Positions 19,633 through 30,725 of a stretch of DNA of 63,708 nucleotides are shown piece after piece. Location: the NCBI GenBank assembly GCA_963769935.1, contig CAVYNY010000027.1:1-63708 (forward strand), read 5' to 3'. Under the pieces are notes generated by a model. That model did no database searches, was not told the origin of the DNA, and saw only the letters and a program-made list of their open reading frames with translations. The stretch comes from an uncultured delta proteobacterium (GTDB taxonomy: Bacteria > Desulfobacterota > Desulfobacteria > Desulfobacterales > JAFDCJ01). Each line of letters begins with the position of its first letter. Within the stretch, counting starts at the first letter, position 1. Both the position numbers and the translations under genes were made by a program.

Positions 19633-21171
19633 TTATCCAAAAATTTCTGCGTATTTTTGCTCAATCGCTTTAATTTCCGACTCTGCCATCTTTGCAAATT
19701 CTTTTTTCCGTGCACGTTTAGAAAGATTTCCATTATTTTGAGACAAAAAGCGAATAAGCAAATCAACAAGGTTGTCTGGCATATCAATATAGTTTTTGAT
19801 AAATTCATTGAGAAGGTCGTACTTTTTCAAAAATTCAACCTCTTCAGGAAGAGTTTGATTTACTGTTTCCTCAACGCATTCAAAGAAAAACTCAGCCTGT
19901 TTTGTTGCATCAAAATAGCGATATAGATCGATTGTCTCGTTTAGAACCTCAACATTATTCTTCTCTGTTGGTCGCCATTCGATCAAATCAAGGCGCGGTT
20001 TTGAGAAATGCTCTAATATTTTGCGATATTCATCTATTCTCTCCAAAATGACAGCGGATACCGGAAATATTAACCCTTTTGGGACAAATCCTTTTTCAGC
20101 CAAAACATGGTGAAATAAATAGCGGTGAATCCTGCCATTTCCATCTTCAAAGGGATGGATAAATACAAAACCAAAGGCAAGGATAGTCGCTAATAAAACC
20201 GCATCAAAATTCTCTCTGATAAGAAGCTCATAGGTTTCGATTAAGCCATTCATAAGAGCTTTTAAATCGTCTGGCCTGGCAGAAATATGATTGGGCATCG
20301 GCATGCCTGAGTTGCGGTCATGTTCCCCAACAAAACCGCCTTCAATGCGCAGTCCTGGCTTAATAAAGCGATTATCTGAAATAACAATCTGTTGTAAATA
20401 TTCCAGCTCAGAAATGCTGAGCTTACGCTGCCCGGCTTCGCCAATTATTCTTCCCCACCGTTCGATGCGGTTATGCGGCGGGCTTTCCCCTTCAATCGTG
20501 TAAGATGCTTTTGAATCCTTAAGTAATAAAAAAGCAGCAGCGCGACTTAGTAGGTCGGGATGGATCTGGCCTATATTTTTTATGGCTGTTTCGGATAGCT
20601 TCTTGCCTATATATTGCTCAAGCTTTTTTGTTTTTCTGATCAAAGGACAAAAATTTCGTGTCCCCGGCAAGTTGTTGCGAACGCGATGGCGTTTGGACGG
20701 ATATGACTTCCCTTCATATTGTAACTTGCCATTAACGAGAGGAACAAAATTTCCTGCCCGCGCATCTTCAATACCAAGTTGTTCTTCGCGTAGCCATTCC
20801 CACAAAAACCATAGTTTGCGGCTATACATTCCGGTTGGCTCTGAGCGAATGATTGTCTCAATAACTCTGGCTTCAATGGTTTGAAACAATGCATTGAGAA
20901 TGGCCAGATCAATACCTTCATACTTCAGTGCGAAGGTTAAATGTCCATAAAGTGTGTCGTCAGGTCTATGGCGCGGTGTAAAAATGTGCCAGCGCTCATA
21001 ATCGTATTTTTTATGTTTCGTACCTATGGCACATAGGTGATCAGGCAGCGGGATTTTTAAATAATGGACCTGAATTAGTGAGGAATATCCAGCCAAACGG
21101 GCTCCCGCTTCCAAGGCCGGGAAACCATGAAAAACAGTTACATCCTGTGAAATTTGATTATAAATTCTCAT
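19633..21171 (-). CDS. Fic family protein
   Basis: Canonical HPFEDGNGRIHR motif. Confidence 0.92.
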   Translation of the reverse strand: MRIYNQISQDVTVFHGFPALEAGARLAGYSSLIQVHYLKIPLPDHLCAIGTKHKKYDYERWHIFTPRHRPDDTLYGHLTFALKYEGIDLAILNALFQTIEARVIETIIRSEPTGMYSRKLWFLWEWLREEQLGIEDARAGNFVPLVNGKLQYEGKSYPSKRHRVRNNLPGTRNFCPLIRKTKKLEQYIGKKLSETAIKNIGQIHPDLLSRAAAFLLLKDSKASYTIEGESPPHNRIERWGRIIGEAGQRKLSISELEYLQQIVISDNRFIKPGLRIEGGFVGEHDRNSGMPMPNHISARPDDLKALMNGLIETYELLIRENFDAVLLATILAFGFVFIHPFEDGNGRIHRYLFHHVLAEKGFVPKGLIFPVSAVILERIDEYRKILEHFSKPRLDLIEWRPTEKNNVEVLNETIDLYRYFDATKQAEFFFECVEETVNQTLPEEVEFLKKYDLLNEFIKNYIDMPDNLVDLLIRFLSQNNGNLSKRARKKEFAKMAESEIKAIEQKYAEIFG

Positions 21172-21578
21172 ATTTCTGAATTACCTTTTTAAACGTGCAA
21201 TGCATTATGTCATGAAAAATGATTATTGTCTATGAATTTAGATTATTTATTGGACATTTCGTGAAAAATATTTTGCTGATTACCGGAGTATCGGATTTTG
21301 ATCGGATTTTGTCGGACCACCCCCACCCGCCTCCACCCCGCCCCTTTGAAGAAACAATGGTGTGGATTTGATTGATACAATCGGGGAATTTGCAGGTTCC
21401 AGAGTCAATAAAAGGTTAGGGCAAGGAGATTTGGTGGATTACAGCAATATTTATCAGGCCAAGTCATAATGATAATGATGATACTTTAAGGGATTATACT
21501 TTTTAAATTGTTCGATTTTGTTTAACCCTTTACGACTTAATATTATGCTTTCAGAGCAACAATGATACCTTACAGATA

Positions 21579-21654
21579 CCCTTGGGGACGCCACCGAAAT
21601 AATAAGGTCGTCAGAAATTCTGGCGGCCTTTTTTTGTTGCCGTCATGAAAGGTC
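21579..21654 (+). repeat. att copy 1: tRNA-Glu 3' end + terminator
   Basis: cccttggggacgccaccgaaat...tctggcggccttttt...tgaaaggtc, near identical to 13472-13546. Confidence 0.92.
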
Positions 21655-21870
21655 GGCGTATTTAAACACTTCGCATTTTATAAGGGGCGGCAGTTACGCC
21701 GTGGCGTGATTGGGTACGTCAATTATTAAAAAAGCGGTTATCAAACTGATGATAACCACTTTTGTTTATTGTAATAGCGCTCACCATGACTTTTTAACGC
21801 GAATGAATATTGATAGTGAACATGGCCCGTGAGTACACTCAGGTTTGGCGATTGAATTTACATTTAGAAG

Positions 21871-22077
21871 TTACGCAGTTTGCTGAGCTATTTCTTGAAA
21901 GGAAAATTCCCACAAATTCGCGTTAGCTTTTGCGTGTTCAATCGTCATGCCCACAAGATTGCCTTTTGCGTCTATGTCGATATAAATATCTTCGCTGATC
22001 TCCTTAGTTTCGTGAACATCATTATCTTTGAATTCGACATGGGCTGTATCTGTGTCCGGAAAATATTTGACTTTCAT
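21871..22077 (-). CDS. DUF2283 family protein (putative antitoxin)
   Basis: MKVKYFPDTDTAHVEF...IDIDAKGNLVGMTIEHA. Confidence 0.85.
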   Translation of the reverse strand: MKVKYFPDTDTAHVEFKDNDVHETKEISEDIYIDIDAKGNLVGMTIEHAKANANLWEFSFQEIAQQTA

Positions 22078-22079
22078 TT

Positions 22080-22140
22080 CTATTCCTCCTTGTAGGACCG
22101 ATCAAAGAAGGCATTATGAACTGTAGTACCATCTTCCACG
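22080..22140 (-). pseudogene. 3' remnant of the DUF2283 partner (toxin-like) gene
   Basis: VEDGTTVHNAFFDRSYKEE* immediately upstream of DUF2283; 5' part missing. Confidence 0.55.
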
Positions 22141-22571
22141 TATGATGAAATTTGCGGAATTTGTGTATAGCGTTGACTAACCTTAACAAGCTCGATGTCC
22201 TCTTTTGAAAAGCTTAAAGAATATTAAGAGCGACCGATGCACAATATTATTGAGATTTCTTGTACTTTTTGTCACCCCGGATATCGAGACTAATAAGCGA
22301 ATTGCTCGGTATCGAGTAGTTCACGGGTTACTCTTTAGCCAGTGCGTGGATCGATGCCTTCTCAACATCCATCGAATCAGCTTGGCCAGCAGAAAGGCGG
22401 CTGGCAGTCAAACGCAACACAGTCCGATGATCCCGCAGTCCTCGATTAACCGATACGACATTTAAACTCCTTTCCGAGGCCCGGTCGACTCCCGGGATTT
22501 TGATCATTGATCAAGTCATAACCGAGAGTCATCGACTATCACTAAGGTAAGTATTGTAGCGTGTCTGTATG

Positions 22572-23948
22572 TTACTGCAGCGGTTTGAGTTCACCGAGCG
22601 TGGTCGGTATCAGTTCTGATATGGTAGGGTGAATATGCATCGCCCGCCGCATTACGGTGTAAGGCTGCCTGGCATACATGATGTCCAAGATAGAATGAAT
22701 GGCCTCGTCGCCACCGACGCCTAAAATTGCCGCACCCAGAATTTCTCTGCTGTCAGCATCCACCATGATTTTCATAAATCCCTGGGTTTCGCCTTTTTCA
22801 ACGGCACGGCCGATGTTAGCCATGAACCGCTTGCCTATCAGTGCCCTGCGACCCGACTGCCTGACTTGCGCTTCCGTCATGCCGGCACGTCCCAGGGGCG
22901 GATCGATATACAGACCATAGCAAAGAATGCGGTCGCTGATCCTGCGACGGTCATCGTCCAGCATATTTGCTGCGACGATCTCAAAGTCGTTGTAGGACGT
23001 ATGCGTAAAAGCACCCTGTCCATTGCAGTCGCCCAGCGCCCATATGCCGGGCACATTGGTTCGAAGTTGATCATCCACCCGAATATAGCCGCGCGCATCC
23101 ATATCAACGCCGGCTTTATCCAGGCCCAGATCATCGGTATTGGGAATGCGACCCACCGCCAGAAGCAGGTGTGAACCGGTCACGGTCTTATCGCCGTTTT
23201 CGCAATCCAGCTTAACCCGGATTTTATCTCCATCTTTTTCTGCGGCGATACACTCGGCCTGGAGGCGAATGTTGATCCCCTCCTTTTCCAAAATTTCTTT
23301 AACCGTTTGAGAGACATCTTCATCCTCGCGTGCAATCAGGCGTGAGTCCTTTTCGACTATTGTCACTTGACTGCCGAACCGCCGGTACATTTGACCGAAT
23401 TCGAGGCCGACATAGCTTCCCCCAATGATGATCAGATGGTGCGGCAAATAGTCCACCTGCATCATGCTGGAATTGGTTAAATAATCGACGCGGTTGAGAC
23501 CCGGCATGGGCGGAATAAAGGCTCTGCCACCGACATTGATAAATATTTTGTCTGCTTCCAGAATTTCCTCGCCAATCCTGACGGTGCGGGGGCTTTCAAA
23601 ACGTGCATGTCCCTTAAATACGCTCAAGTTGGATATTTTCTTCATCCAGTCGGGTACCTCATGGTTGGACCGGCCTGCTATGTCATCTTTGCGCGCCTTA
23701 ACCTTTCTCATATCCACGGTCACGGTACCGTTGATCATTACCCCGAAGTCGGCTGCCCGCCTTGCCAGATAAGCAGCACGGGCGCTGGCTATCAGCGTCT
23801 TGGTGGGGATACAGCCCGTGTTGACACACGTGCCGCCGAACAATTTACGCTCGATAATGGCCACCTTCAATCCCGAGCCGGCCAACCTCGCTGCCAGGAA
23901 TGGCCCGGCTTGACCGGTGCCGATGACGATTGCATCCAGTTTTTTCAT
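22572..23948 (-). CDS. FAD-dependent pyridine nucleotide-disulfide oxidoreductase (MerA/RclA-like)
   Basis: GTGQAG, GGTCVNTGCIPTK, GGSYVGLE, HIHPT; no C-terminal Cys-Cys. Confidence 0.9.
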   Translation of the reverse strand: MKKLDAIVIGTGQAGPFLAARLAGSGLKVAIIERKLFGGTCVNTGCIPTKTLIASARAAYLARRAADFGVMINGTVTVDMRKVKARKDDIAGRSNHEVPDWMKKISNLSVFKGHARFESPRTVRIGEEILEADKIFINVGGRAFIPPMPGLNRVDYLTNSSMMQVDYLPHHLIIIGGSYVGLEFGQMYRRFGSQVTIVEKDSRLIAREDEDVSQTVKEILEKEGINIRLQAECIAAEKDGDKIRVKLDCENGDKTVTGSHLLLAVGRIPNTDDLGLDKAGVDMDARGYIRVDDQLRTNVPGIWALGDCNGQGAFTHTSYNDFEIVAANMLDDDRRRISDRILCYGLYIDPPLGRAGMTEAQVRQSGRRALIGKRFMANIGRAVEKGETQGFMKIMVDADSREILGAAILGVGGDEAIHSILDIMYARQPYTVMRRAMHIHPTISELIPTTLGELKPLQ

Positions 23949-24128
23949 TGGTCAATGTCTCCATCTATCGCGCAATGCGCTTATTAGCATTCTCATGAAA
24001 ATATATGGTTGATGAGCTCGCTGTCAATATCGTCGGTTGAAAGCAAACGATAGTTCATCAAATGTCGGGCTTGCCGCTACCTGAAGACTGTCGAAAAGGC
24101 GATTAACAGGTACTATCCATTTCTTGTG

Positions 24129-24211
24129 AAAATACGTGATCCACCCCATTTACCTGCTTAAAATTACCTTCTACGACAGGTAATCAGGTTGATGTCACCG
24201 CATTACTGCTG
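24129..24211 (+). repeat. ~85-bp dispersed repeat R1 (second copy 32324-32412)
   Basis: aaaatacRtgatcYaccccatttacctgctt...taatYaggttgatgtcaccgcatt in both copies. Confidence 0.85.
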
Positions 24212-24234
24212 TGAGGCAGATTCCTGTCATCACC

Positions 24235-24480
24235 CAATGTGAAGGGGCCGCATTTCATCGGCTTGCATGAGCTTTTCGACAAAAGCGGCGAGGAAGTGGA
24301 GGACCATGTGGACCTGATCGCGGAGCGCACCGTGCAACTGGGAGGAATTGCTGAAGGCACGGTGCGCGCCGCGGCGTCGCGATCCAGGCTCGAAGAGTAT
24401 CCGCTGAACATTGCGGATGGAACAGCTCATGTGGAAGCAGTGGCCAAGGCGCTGTTCACGTTCGGTCGCGAGGCGCGGAT
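24235..24480 (+). pseudogene. Internal fragment of a Dps/ferritin-like gene
   Basis: NVKGPHFIGLHELFD...DLIAERTVQLGG; both ends missing. Confidence 0.85.
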
Positions 24481-24525
24481 GACCTGGCCAGTCGCGGGTC
24501 GACATCAAATAGAAACCAACGGAGG

Positions 24526-25483
24526 ATGAAGATTATGATAGAACCCGACAATCTTCGCTACACAAAGTTAGCCCTTAACAACGACTCGGGAGCGATCCCG
24601 GCGCTCGGTTTTGGAACGCTGATTCCGGACCCCATCGCAACCAAAAATGCGACCAAGGCGGCGCTGGAGGCAGGATTTCGCGGGCTCGACACTGCGGAAC
24701 GTTACCGGACTGAAGAAGGAGGTCGGCGAAGCGATGAAGGAGGTGTTCGAGGCGGGAAAGATCAAGCGGGAGGATGTGTTTGTCGCCACGAAACTCTGGA
24801 ACACCAATCATCGTCCTGAGCGCGTCAAACCGGCCTTCGAGGCAAGCCTCAGGAAACTCCAGCTCGACTATCTCGATCTTTATCTCATCCACACTCCTTT
24901 CGCCTTCCAACCCGGAGACGAGCAAGACCCGAGGGACGCGAACGGCAATGTGATCTATGACAGAGGGGTGAAGCTGTTAGATACTTGGGGGGCGGTAGAG
25001 AAGCTGGTGGACGAGGGCAAATGCAAAGCGATTGGATTATCCGACATCGGCCTGGAAAAGTTGAAGGAGATCTTTGAAGCCGCGACCATCAAGCCGGCGG
25101 TTGTTCACGTCGAGTCCCATCCGTATCTCCCGGAATGGGACCTTTTAGACTATTGCCGAAAGAATGGAATCGTGCTGCAAGCTTTCGCCCCCCTGGGTCA
25201 TAGCAGCGAGCCCAACTTGCTGGCGGATCCTGTCATCACCGCTATCGCCAAGCGAGTCAACAAGACCCCCGCGCAAGTCTTGCTCGCCTGGGCGATCCAG
25301 CGCGGGACGGCCCTCCTGACCACCTCGAAGACCCTCAGCCGGATCAAGGAGAACTTTGAAGTCTCCACCCTTCCTGAAGACGCCATGCGGGCGATCAGCG
25401 AAGGAATCAAGTTGCGGATGAGGTTCAATCCCGTTGTGGAGACTGGAGTTCCCGGGTTCATTCCCAGAAAAAAGGGAGTTTGA
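24526..25483 (+). CDS. Aldo/keto reductase with +1 frameshift near 24713
   Basis: IPALGFGT, DTAERY | EVGEA, ATKLW, DLYLIHTP; two overlapping ORFs join into one AKR. Confidence 0.88.
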
Positions 25484-25725
25484 GACGGATGATCCCGAGC
25501 CCCTCGAGGCTCCGGCGGGCGGAATCCTTTTGATTTGCCGCTCGCGCCTCCAGGAAGACATGGTGATCGACATCCAGGCGCGGCCCTGGCTTCTATCGTT
25601 CTATACGTTTGTCATACTCGGCCCGTGAAGGCGTACGATAATTTAATGGAAAAGAACTTCAGGATGACCACTTCGAAGCGCAGCATCCTGACCGCCGGCA
25701 AAATATCCTCCAAGGACGCCGCACT

Positions 25726-26334
25726 ATGAATCGAACATTGCCCACCCCCTGGAAACCCAACAAAGCCCAGCTCCTCGCCGCGCACAACAGGCTCGTCCCG
25801 GATCTTGCCGCCAAAAACCTCATCGTCCTCTTCGCCGGCATCAACCCCGGCCTTTACACCGCCGCCATCGGCCACCACTTCGGCCGCCCCGGCAACCGCT
25901 TCTGGCCCGCCCTGCACGCCGCCGGCTTCACCCCGCGGCTTTTCTCCCCCTTTGAAGAATCTCTTCTTCTCGATCTCAAATTCGGCATCACCAATATCGT
26001 CGAACGCGCCACCGCCCGCGCCGATGAACTCACAGACGACGAACTTCGCGCCGGCGCCAAGCGCCTCCAAGTCAAGGTCAAACGCTGGCGCCCCACCGTC
26101 GTCGCCTTCGTCGGCATCGGTCCCTACCGCGTCGTTTCGGGCATCAAAGACGCCCGCGTCGGTCTCCAAAAGGCCTCCTTCGGCGGCAGCCACGCCTGGC
26201 TCCTCCCCAACCCCAGCGGCCTCAACTCCCACTACCTGCCCGCGGCCCTCGCACAACTCTTCGGTGACCTCCGCCTCTGGGCCGTTGCCCAGCACGAGCG
26301 CCGCCAAAATAAGCACCTCATTTCCCCGCTATGA
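25726..26334 (+). CDS. mug: G/U mismatch-specific DNA glycosylase
   Basis: GINPGLY, HHFGRPGNRFW, LPNPSGLN. Confidence 0.9.
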   Translation: MNRTLPTPWKPNKAQLLAAHNRLVPDLAAKNLIVLFAGINPGLYTAAIGHHFGRPGNRFWPALHAAGFTPRLFSPFEESLLLDLKFGITNIVERATARADELTDDELRAGAKRLQVKVKRWRPTVVAFVGIGPYRVVSGIKDARVGLQKASFGGSHAWLLPNPSGLNSHYLPAALAQLFGDLRLWAVAQHERRQNKHLISPL

Positions 26335-26498
26335 TCAGGAGGCCGTTGTCGATGAAATACCGTTGGTTGTCGTTGCAGCGCCGCGCTCGTTAGCGGGGTT
26401 CGCCGCTCAAACTGGAAGTCATCTCGATTTCCTTCAAAAGACCTCGATACCGCCGTGATCGGCTGTTCAGTACGCCTCTGCCTGTTGCGGGTTAAAAT

Positions 26499-26924
26499 CT
26501 AGTCGCGGGAGATCTGGCGCAGGCGATCTTGAGTGTAGCGGGCTCCGGTAGCAGGGCCGGCTGCTTCGAGCTGCGCTATTTCCCGGGCTCTGAGAGTAAT
26601 CTGCGAGGCGGCGATGTTCTCTTCCAGGTATGACAGGAGCTTGGTGCCGGGAATGGGCACGATGTCGTCGCCTTTGCTCAGCAGCCAGGCCAGGGCCATC
26701 TGACCGGGAGTAGCGTTCTTTTGACTGGCCAGTTTCTCGTTCGTAAATGGGTCGTAGGCCTCGGCCGTATCGATAAAAGTCACGCCCAGGTCGATGGCCC
26801 TGTGAATTAAACGAATCGCCTCATTCTCATCGGCGGGCACGCCATACCAACTCGTCAGGCCCATACAGCCCAATCCAAGCTCCGACACAGCCAGTTTCCC
26901 GCTGCCAAGTACACGCTGTTGCAT
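26499..26924 (-). pseudogene. Aldo/keto reductase with large in-frame internal deletion
   Basis: N-terminal GLGCMG/DTAEAY fused directly to C-terminal [13 protein letters not shown]; only 141 aa. Confidence 0.85.
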
Positions 26925-27006
26925 CCTCTTTAGCCTTCTCCGTTCAAAGCTCTCTTTTTGTTTTTAGATCACTAATCAAGATCTGACATCCAATTGCTTG
27001 ATGCCG

Positions 27007-28770
27007 TCAGATGTCGATCACGACGTCTCCGCTCGGCCGCGAGCAGCAGGTGAGGACGTTGCCCTCGGCCGGCGGGTCGAGCGGTGCGGGGTCGTAGGCG
27101 ACGCTCCCTGAGACCAGCCCGCTCTCGCACGAGTGACAGACGCCCGTCCGGCAGGACCAGCGCACCGGCACGTCGCAGGCTTCTGCGAGCTCGAGCAGAC
27201 TCCGATGCTTCGAGGGCGACCAGTGAACCGCGAGGCCGCTACGGGCGAAAGAGACGAGCAGACCGCTTCCAGGGTCGTCGTTCGGCACATGCGGTGCGCG
27301 CTGCGCGCCGCCGACGACCCCCGGTGTCATCGCCTCGAGTCCAGCGAAGATCTCCGTATGAATCCGGTCCGGGGGAACGCTCCGCGCGGCAAGCCCGGCG
27401 GTCAGGTCGTGCATGAAGCCCACAGGACCGCAGAGGTAGAAATCACCGGCGCGCGGCACCGCGAGCACGTCGAGCGTGGCGCCATCGAGATGTCCTGCCG
27501 CGTCGTAGTCCTGTCCGAGTTTGTCGCCGGCGGCGGGCCTGCTGTAGCAGACGTAGCTCCGGCCGCGTGCGAGCGCCGCGACGAGGCGTCGCACGTCGAG
27601 CGCGAACGCATGGCTCTCACGGTTTCTTGCACCATAGAGCCACCAGACTTCGCGACGGGACCCCGAAGCTGCCAGCGCCTTTAGCATGGCCAGCACGGGC
27701 GTCGCGCCGATGCCGGCGCTGAGCAGTACAACCGGACCTTCGCCCGCGCGCAGGACGAAGCCCCCGCGCGGCGCGCTCACGTCGAGGACGTCGCCAACGC
27801 GCAAGCGGCGCTTCAGATACATCCCGGCCCTGCCCTGGGGCTCGATTTTCACGCTCACGCGATAGCACTCGGCGGAGGGCGGACCCGACAGCGAGTAGCT
27901 GCGGTACAGCGGCGGCCCGCCCGGCTCGGGGCGCAGCAAAAAAACGATGAACTGGCCGGGCAGCGGCGTCGCGAGCGGCCGGTCGTCCGCGGCCTGCAGC
28001 CAGAACGAGAGCAGGTCGCGCTTCTCGCGTTCGATCTGCGAGACCCGGAGCGGGAAAAAGCCCGGCTTTGCCGCGGTGAGGGCGGCGGTGGAGAGCCCGG
28101 CGTTGCCCGTCGTGCCGGCCTGGCCCCCGCCGGCTCGCAACAGCGCCTCGAACGACGCGCGCCAGCCGGCCGGCAACGCGCGAATGCGGAGGGCGCGCTC
28201 GAGCTCGGTGCGCGGATGGCCCGGCAAATACAAGAGCGCGTTGATCTGCTCGATGGTCATGCGCTCGGAACCTTCGGCGACCTTCACGATCCGGTCGCCG
28301 GCGCCGACCTCGCCTTCCTGCAGCACGCGCAGGTAGAACCCCGGCCTGCCACTCGAGGTCAACAGCGCCGCCATGCGCGGCTCGTTCATGCGGATGCCGA
28401 CGCGGTAGCAAGTCACGCGCGGCTGGGTCACCTCGAAGAGCGCGGAGCCGATCCGGTAGCGGTCGCCGACGCACACCTCGTCATCGGGCAATCCCTTGAT
28501 CGTGAAGTTCTCGCTGAACTGCCCGTAAGCGAAGTCGGTTCTCCCGAGCCGCTTCTCCCAGTAGCGATACGACCCGATTTGATACACGAACACCGCGCGG
28601 TGCTCTCCGCCGTGGCCGGCGAGATCGCCCTGCCCGTCGCCATCGACGTTGAGCCGTCGCACCATGCGCCGTCCCCGGACGGGGTCCTTCCAGATGCTCG
28701 TGTGCACGGTCTTGCCGTTCCACAGAATATCGCGCGGAAGCCCCACGTTCACCGATAGCAGGCGCCCCAT
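27007..28770 (-). CDS. MOSC + FAD/NAD-binding oxidoreductase + 2Fe-2S ferredoxin protein
   Basis: EVTQPRVTC (MOSC), RSYSLS, SAGIGATP, CGP, CRTGVCHSC; very GC-rich. Confidence 0.92.
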   Translation of the reverse strand: MGRLLSVNVGLPRDILWNGKTVHTSIWKDPVRGRRMVRRLNVDGDGQGDLAGHGGEHRAVFVYQIGSYRYWEKRLGRTDFAYGQFSENFTIKGLPDDEVCVGDRYRIGSALFEVTQPRVTCYRVGIRMNEPRMAALLTSSGRPGFYLRVLQEGEVGAGDRIVKVAEGSERMTIEQINALLYLPGHPRTELERALRIRALPAGWRASFEALLRAGGGQAGTTGNAGLSTAALTAAKPGFFPLRVSQIEREKRDLLSFWLQAADDRPLATPLPGQFIVFLLRPEPGGPPLYRSYSLSGPPSAECYRVSVKIEPQGRAGMYLKRRLRVGDVLDVSAPRGGFVLRAGEGPVVLLSAGIGATPVLAMLKALAASGSRREVWWLYGARNRESHAFALDVRRLVAALARGRSYVCYSRPAAGDKLGQDYDAAGHLDGATLDVLAVPRAGDFYLCGPVGFMHDLTAGLAARSVPPDRIHTEIFAGLEAMTPGVVGGAQRAPHVPNDDPGSGLLVSFARSGLAVHWSPSKHRSLLELAEACDVPVRWSCRTGVCHSCESGLVSGSVAYDPAPLDPPAEGNVLTCCSRPSGDVVIDI

Positions 28771-28868
28771 TGCCTCTCCTCCGAGGACGCCGGTACGGCA
28801 GCAACCCATAGGCACGGCGTGATGACGACCAACCCTCTCACAACTTCCTCCTCTCTCCGGCCATGACG

Positions 28869-28977
28869 CCGCAACGTGTGCGTATCACCTGCAAGCGGTA
28901 CGGCCTTCGCGGTTAAAATACATTTGATGATTCACACGGCAAGCTTTTACTGTCAGGTGCATCCGTTTTTGTTAGAT
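28869..28977 (-). other. attC-like site downstream of the SnoaL gene
   Basis: Minus strand ATCTAAC-AAAAACGGATGCACCTG...CAGGTGATACGCACAC-GTTGCGG, 8 nt after the stop codon. Confidence 0.65.
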
Positions 28978-28985
28978 GCCGTCGA

Positions 28986-29372
28986 TCATACCCCCCGCTC
29001 GACCCACTGAGCGCGCCAGGCGGGCGCGTCGAAGGGATCGGCGAAGTATTGAGTCTCGTGCGAAACCTTTCCATCGCGGAACTCCATGATACTCACGGTG
29101 TAGGCGCGCTTGCCCTCGTAGGTAATCACATACTCAGTAACCCAGAGATTGCCTTCTCCCACGATCCGCCGGACCGCAAACCCCGATGGTCTATCAGGGT
29201 GATGGCTACGAAGCGCTTGCAGGTTGCGCCGACCGTGGATGACCTCACCTGACTGTGGGTACTCGCACACCGCATTATCGTGATAGATCTCGTGCTCGGC
29301 AACTTGATCACCCGCAGCGGATGCCGCCCAATGTCGATCAATGGCCATCCGAATGTTGTGCTCTTCCATCAT
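28986..29372 (-). CDS. SnoaL-like/NTF2 family protein
   Basis: YHDNAVCEYPQSGE, MEFRDGKVSHETQYFADPF. Confidence 0.85.
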   Translation of the reverse strand: MMEEHNIRMAIDRHWAASAAGDQVAEHEIYHDNAVCEYPQSGEVIHGRRNLQALRSHHPDRPSGFAVRRIVGEGNLWVTEYVITYEGKRAYTVSIMEFRDGKVSHETQYFADPFDAPAWRAQWVERGV

Positions 29373-29414
29373 CGGCCTCCATTTGAGTCAGCGTACTTTC
29401 GACACCGACACTTA

Positions 29415-29570
29415 GGGTTCATGAAAAAATTAATTCACAGTTTAAGGCGTTGAGGCGCTTTTCCGGCAAGGCGCGAAAACGCAGGAATATCTGGATATTC
29501 CGAGCTTTCGCAACGCAGCCGGAAGAGATGCATCGGCGTATAAAATGTGAAGTTATTTTTGAGTGAGCCC
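29415..29570 (+). mobile_element. 156-bp MITE, TTA target duplication
   Basis: Imperfect TIRs GGGTTCATGAAAAAAT / ATTTTTGAGTGAGCCC; TTA on both sides; near-identical inverted copy at 33980. Confidence 0.85.
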
Positions 29571-29712
29571 TTAGTGCGCATCTTTGTATTTTATGGCAGG
29601 AAATTGTCCATGAGTACGCAACCCGGCACTGCCCAATCACATTAATGAAATCGTGCATAGACGGGGTTGGGTTAATTGGGAAACAACAAAACATTCAGCG
29701 ACCCTATGCTTT

Positions 29713-30711
29713 TTATTTTTCGATTTGCCAGAGAGTATCCAGGAAGTACCTCCGGGAATCGTAAAAATCCGCTTTCACTTTAAAGCCTGATTGCCTTGCA
29801 AGCTGCAGGATTTCTTGCGGTTGATATTTTCGGGATGTCTCCACATGGATGCCTTCGTTTGTCTCCAATCTCAAGGAAAGGCCCAGCCCCGGAATTTCGA
29901 CCTGCTGATCCCTGAGACTGACCAGCCAACTTTCGATGGCATGAGTTTGAAAATCGAAATAGCTTCGAAATTGAAAATGCTGCGCAGAAAAATTTGCATC
30001 GAATTCCCGATTAATGCGAGTAAGCAGATTCAAATTGAAAGCTGCCGTCGTTTGGGCCTGATCGTTGTAGGCGCGCTCCATCACGGCGATGTCCTTTATG
30101 AGATCAAAACCTATCAAAATCCAATCACCGTGAGATAAGACCATACGCAGTTCGAATAGAAACTGAAGCGCTTCCGTATCGGTAAGGTTTCCGATGCTCG
30201 ATCCCAGGAAAAGAACTACCCGATGGCCACCTTCCTTCTCAGGAAGTTTATCCAAGGCTGTTTGATAGTTCATCTCAAGCAAGGTCGTGGAGTCAAGTAA
30301 TTCGGGGCAGTGGTCCTGATAGCGGGCATTCAACTGGCGAAAAGCTTCGCGAGAAATATCGATCGGTATATATCGGAACTTCTGGCGGCGGGACAGAAAA
30401 TGCTCAAGAAGGATCATGCTCTTGTGCCCGTCGCCGACACCGAGTTCGATAATGTACAACACTTCGTCGCGCAGCAGGGCCGCAATTTCATGATGATGAT
30501 TTCGGAAAATTTCGCGTTCACAGGAGGTCAGATAGTACTCATCCAGTTCGGTAATCTTTTGAAACAGTCGACTGCCCTCCTGGTCGTAATGATAGGTGCT
30601 GAGTAATTGCTTGGGCTTTAGCCTCAGTCCTGCCAGGATTTCGCGCGCAAATTGATGCCTGTGCTCATCTTCGGACGACTTGAGTTCGATTATTTGACAC
30701 CGGTTCTCCAT
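29713..30711 (-). CDS. egtD: L-histidine N-alpha-methyltransferase
   Basis: GSRLFQKITELDEYY, ELGVGDG, FLGSSIGN, AYND...AAFNLNLL, HVETSRKY. Confidence 0.88.
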   Translation of the reverse strand: MENRCQIIELKSSEDEHRHQFAREILAGLRLKPKQLLSTYHYDQEGSRLFQKITELDEYYLTSCEREIFRNHHHEIAALLRDEVLYIIELGVGDGHKSMILLEHFLSRRQKFRYIPIDISREAFRQLNARYQDHCPELLDSTTLLEMNYQTALDKLPEKEGGHRVVLFLGSSIGNLTDTEALQFLFELRMVLSHGDWILIGFDLIKDIAVMERAYNDQAQTTAAFNLNLLTRINREFDANFSAQHFQFRSYFDFQTHAIESWLVSLRDQQVEIPGLGLSLRLETNEGIHVETSRKYQPQEILQLARQSGFKVKADFYDSRRYFLDTLWQIEK

Positions 30712-30725
30712 TTCTGTCTCCAAAT

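Noticed and set aside
22572..23948. True mercuric reductase merA
   Set aside because: No C-terminal Cys pair, no NmerA domain and no mer operon.
24700..24725. Programmed frameshifts in AKR (also enolase at 56044 and the four-helix gene)
   Set aside because: No slippery heptamers; single-base indels in otherwise intact genes suggest sequencing error or recent mutation. Needs read inspection.
29419..29694. ORFs 29419-29694 and 33901-34107 as a gene family
   Set aside because: The shared peptide is just translation of the MITE.
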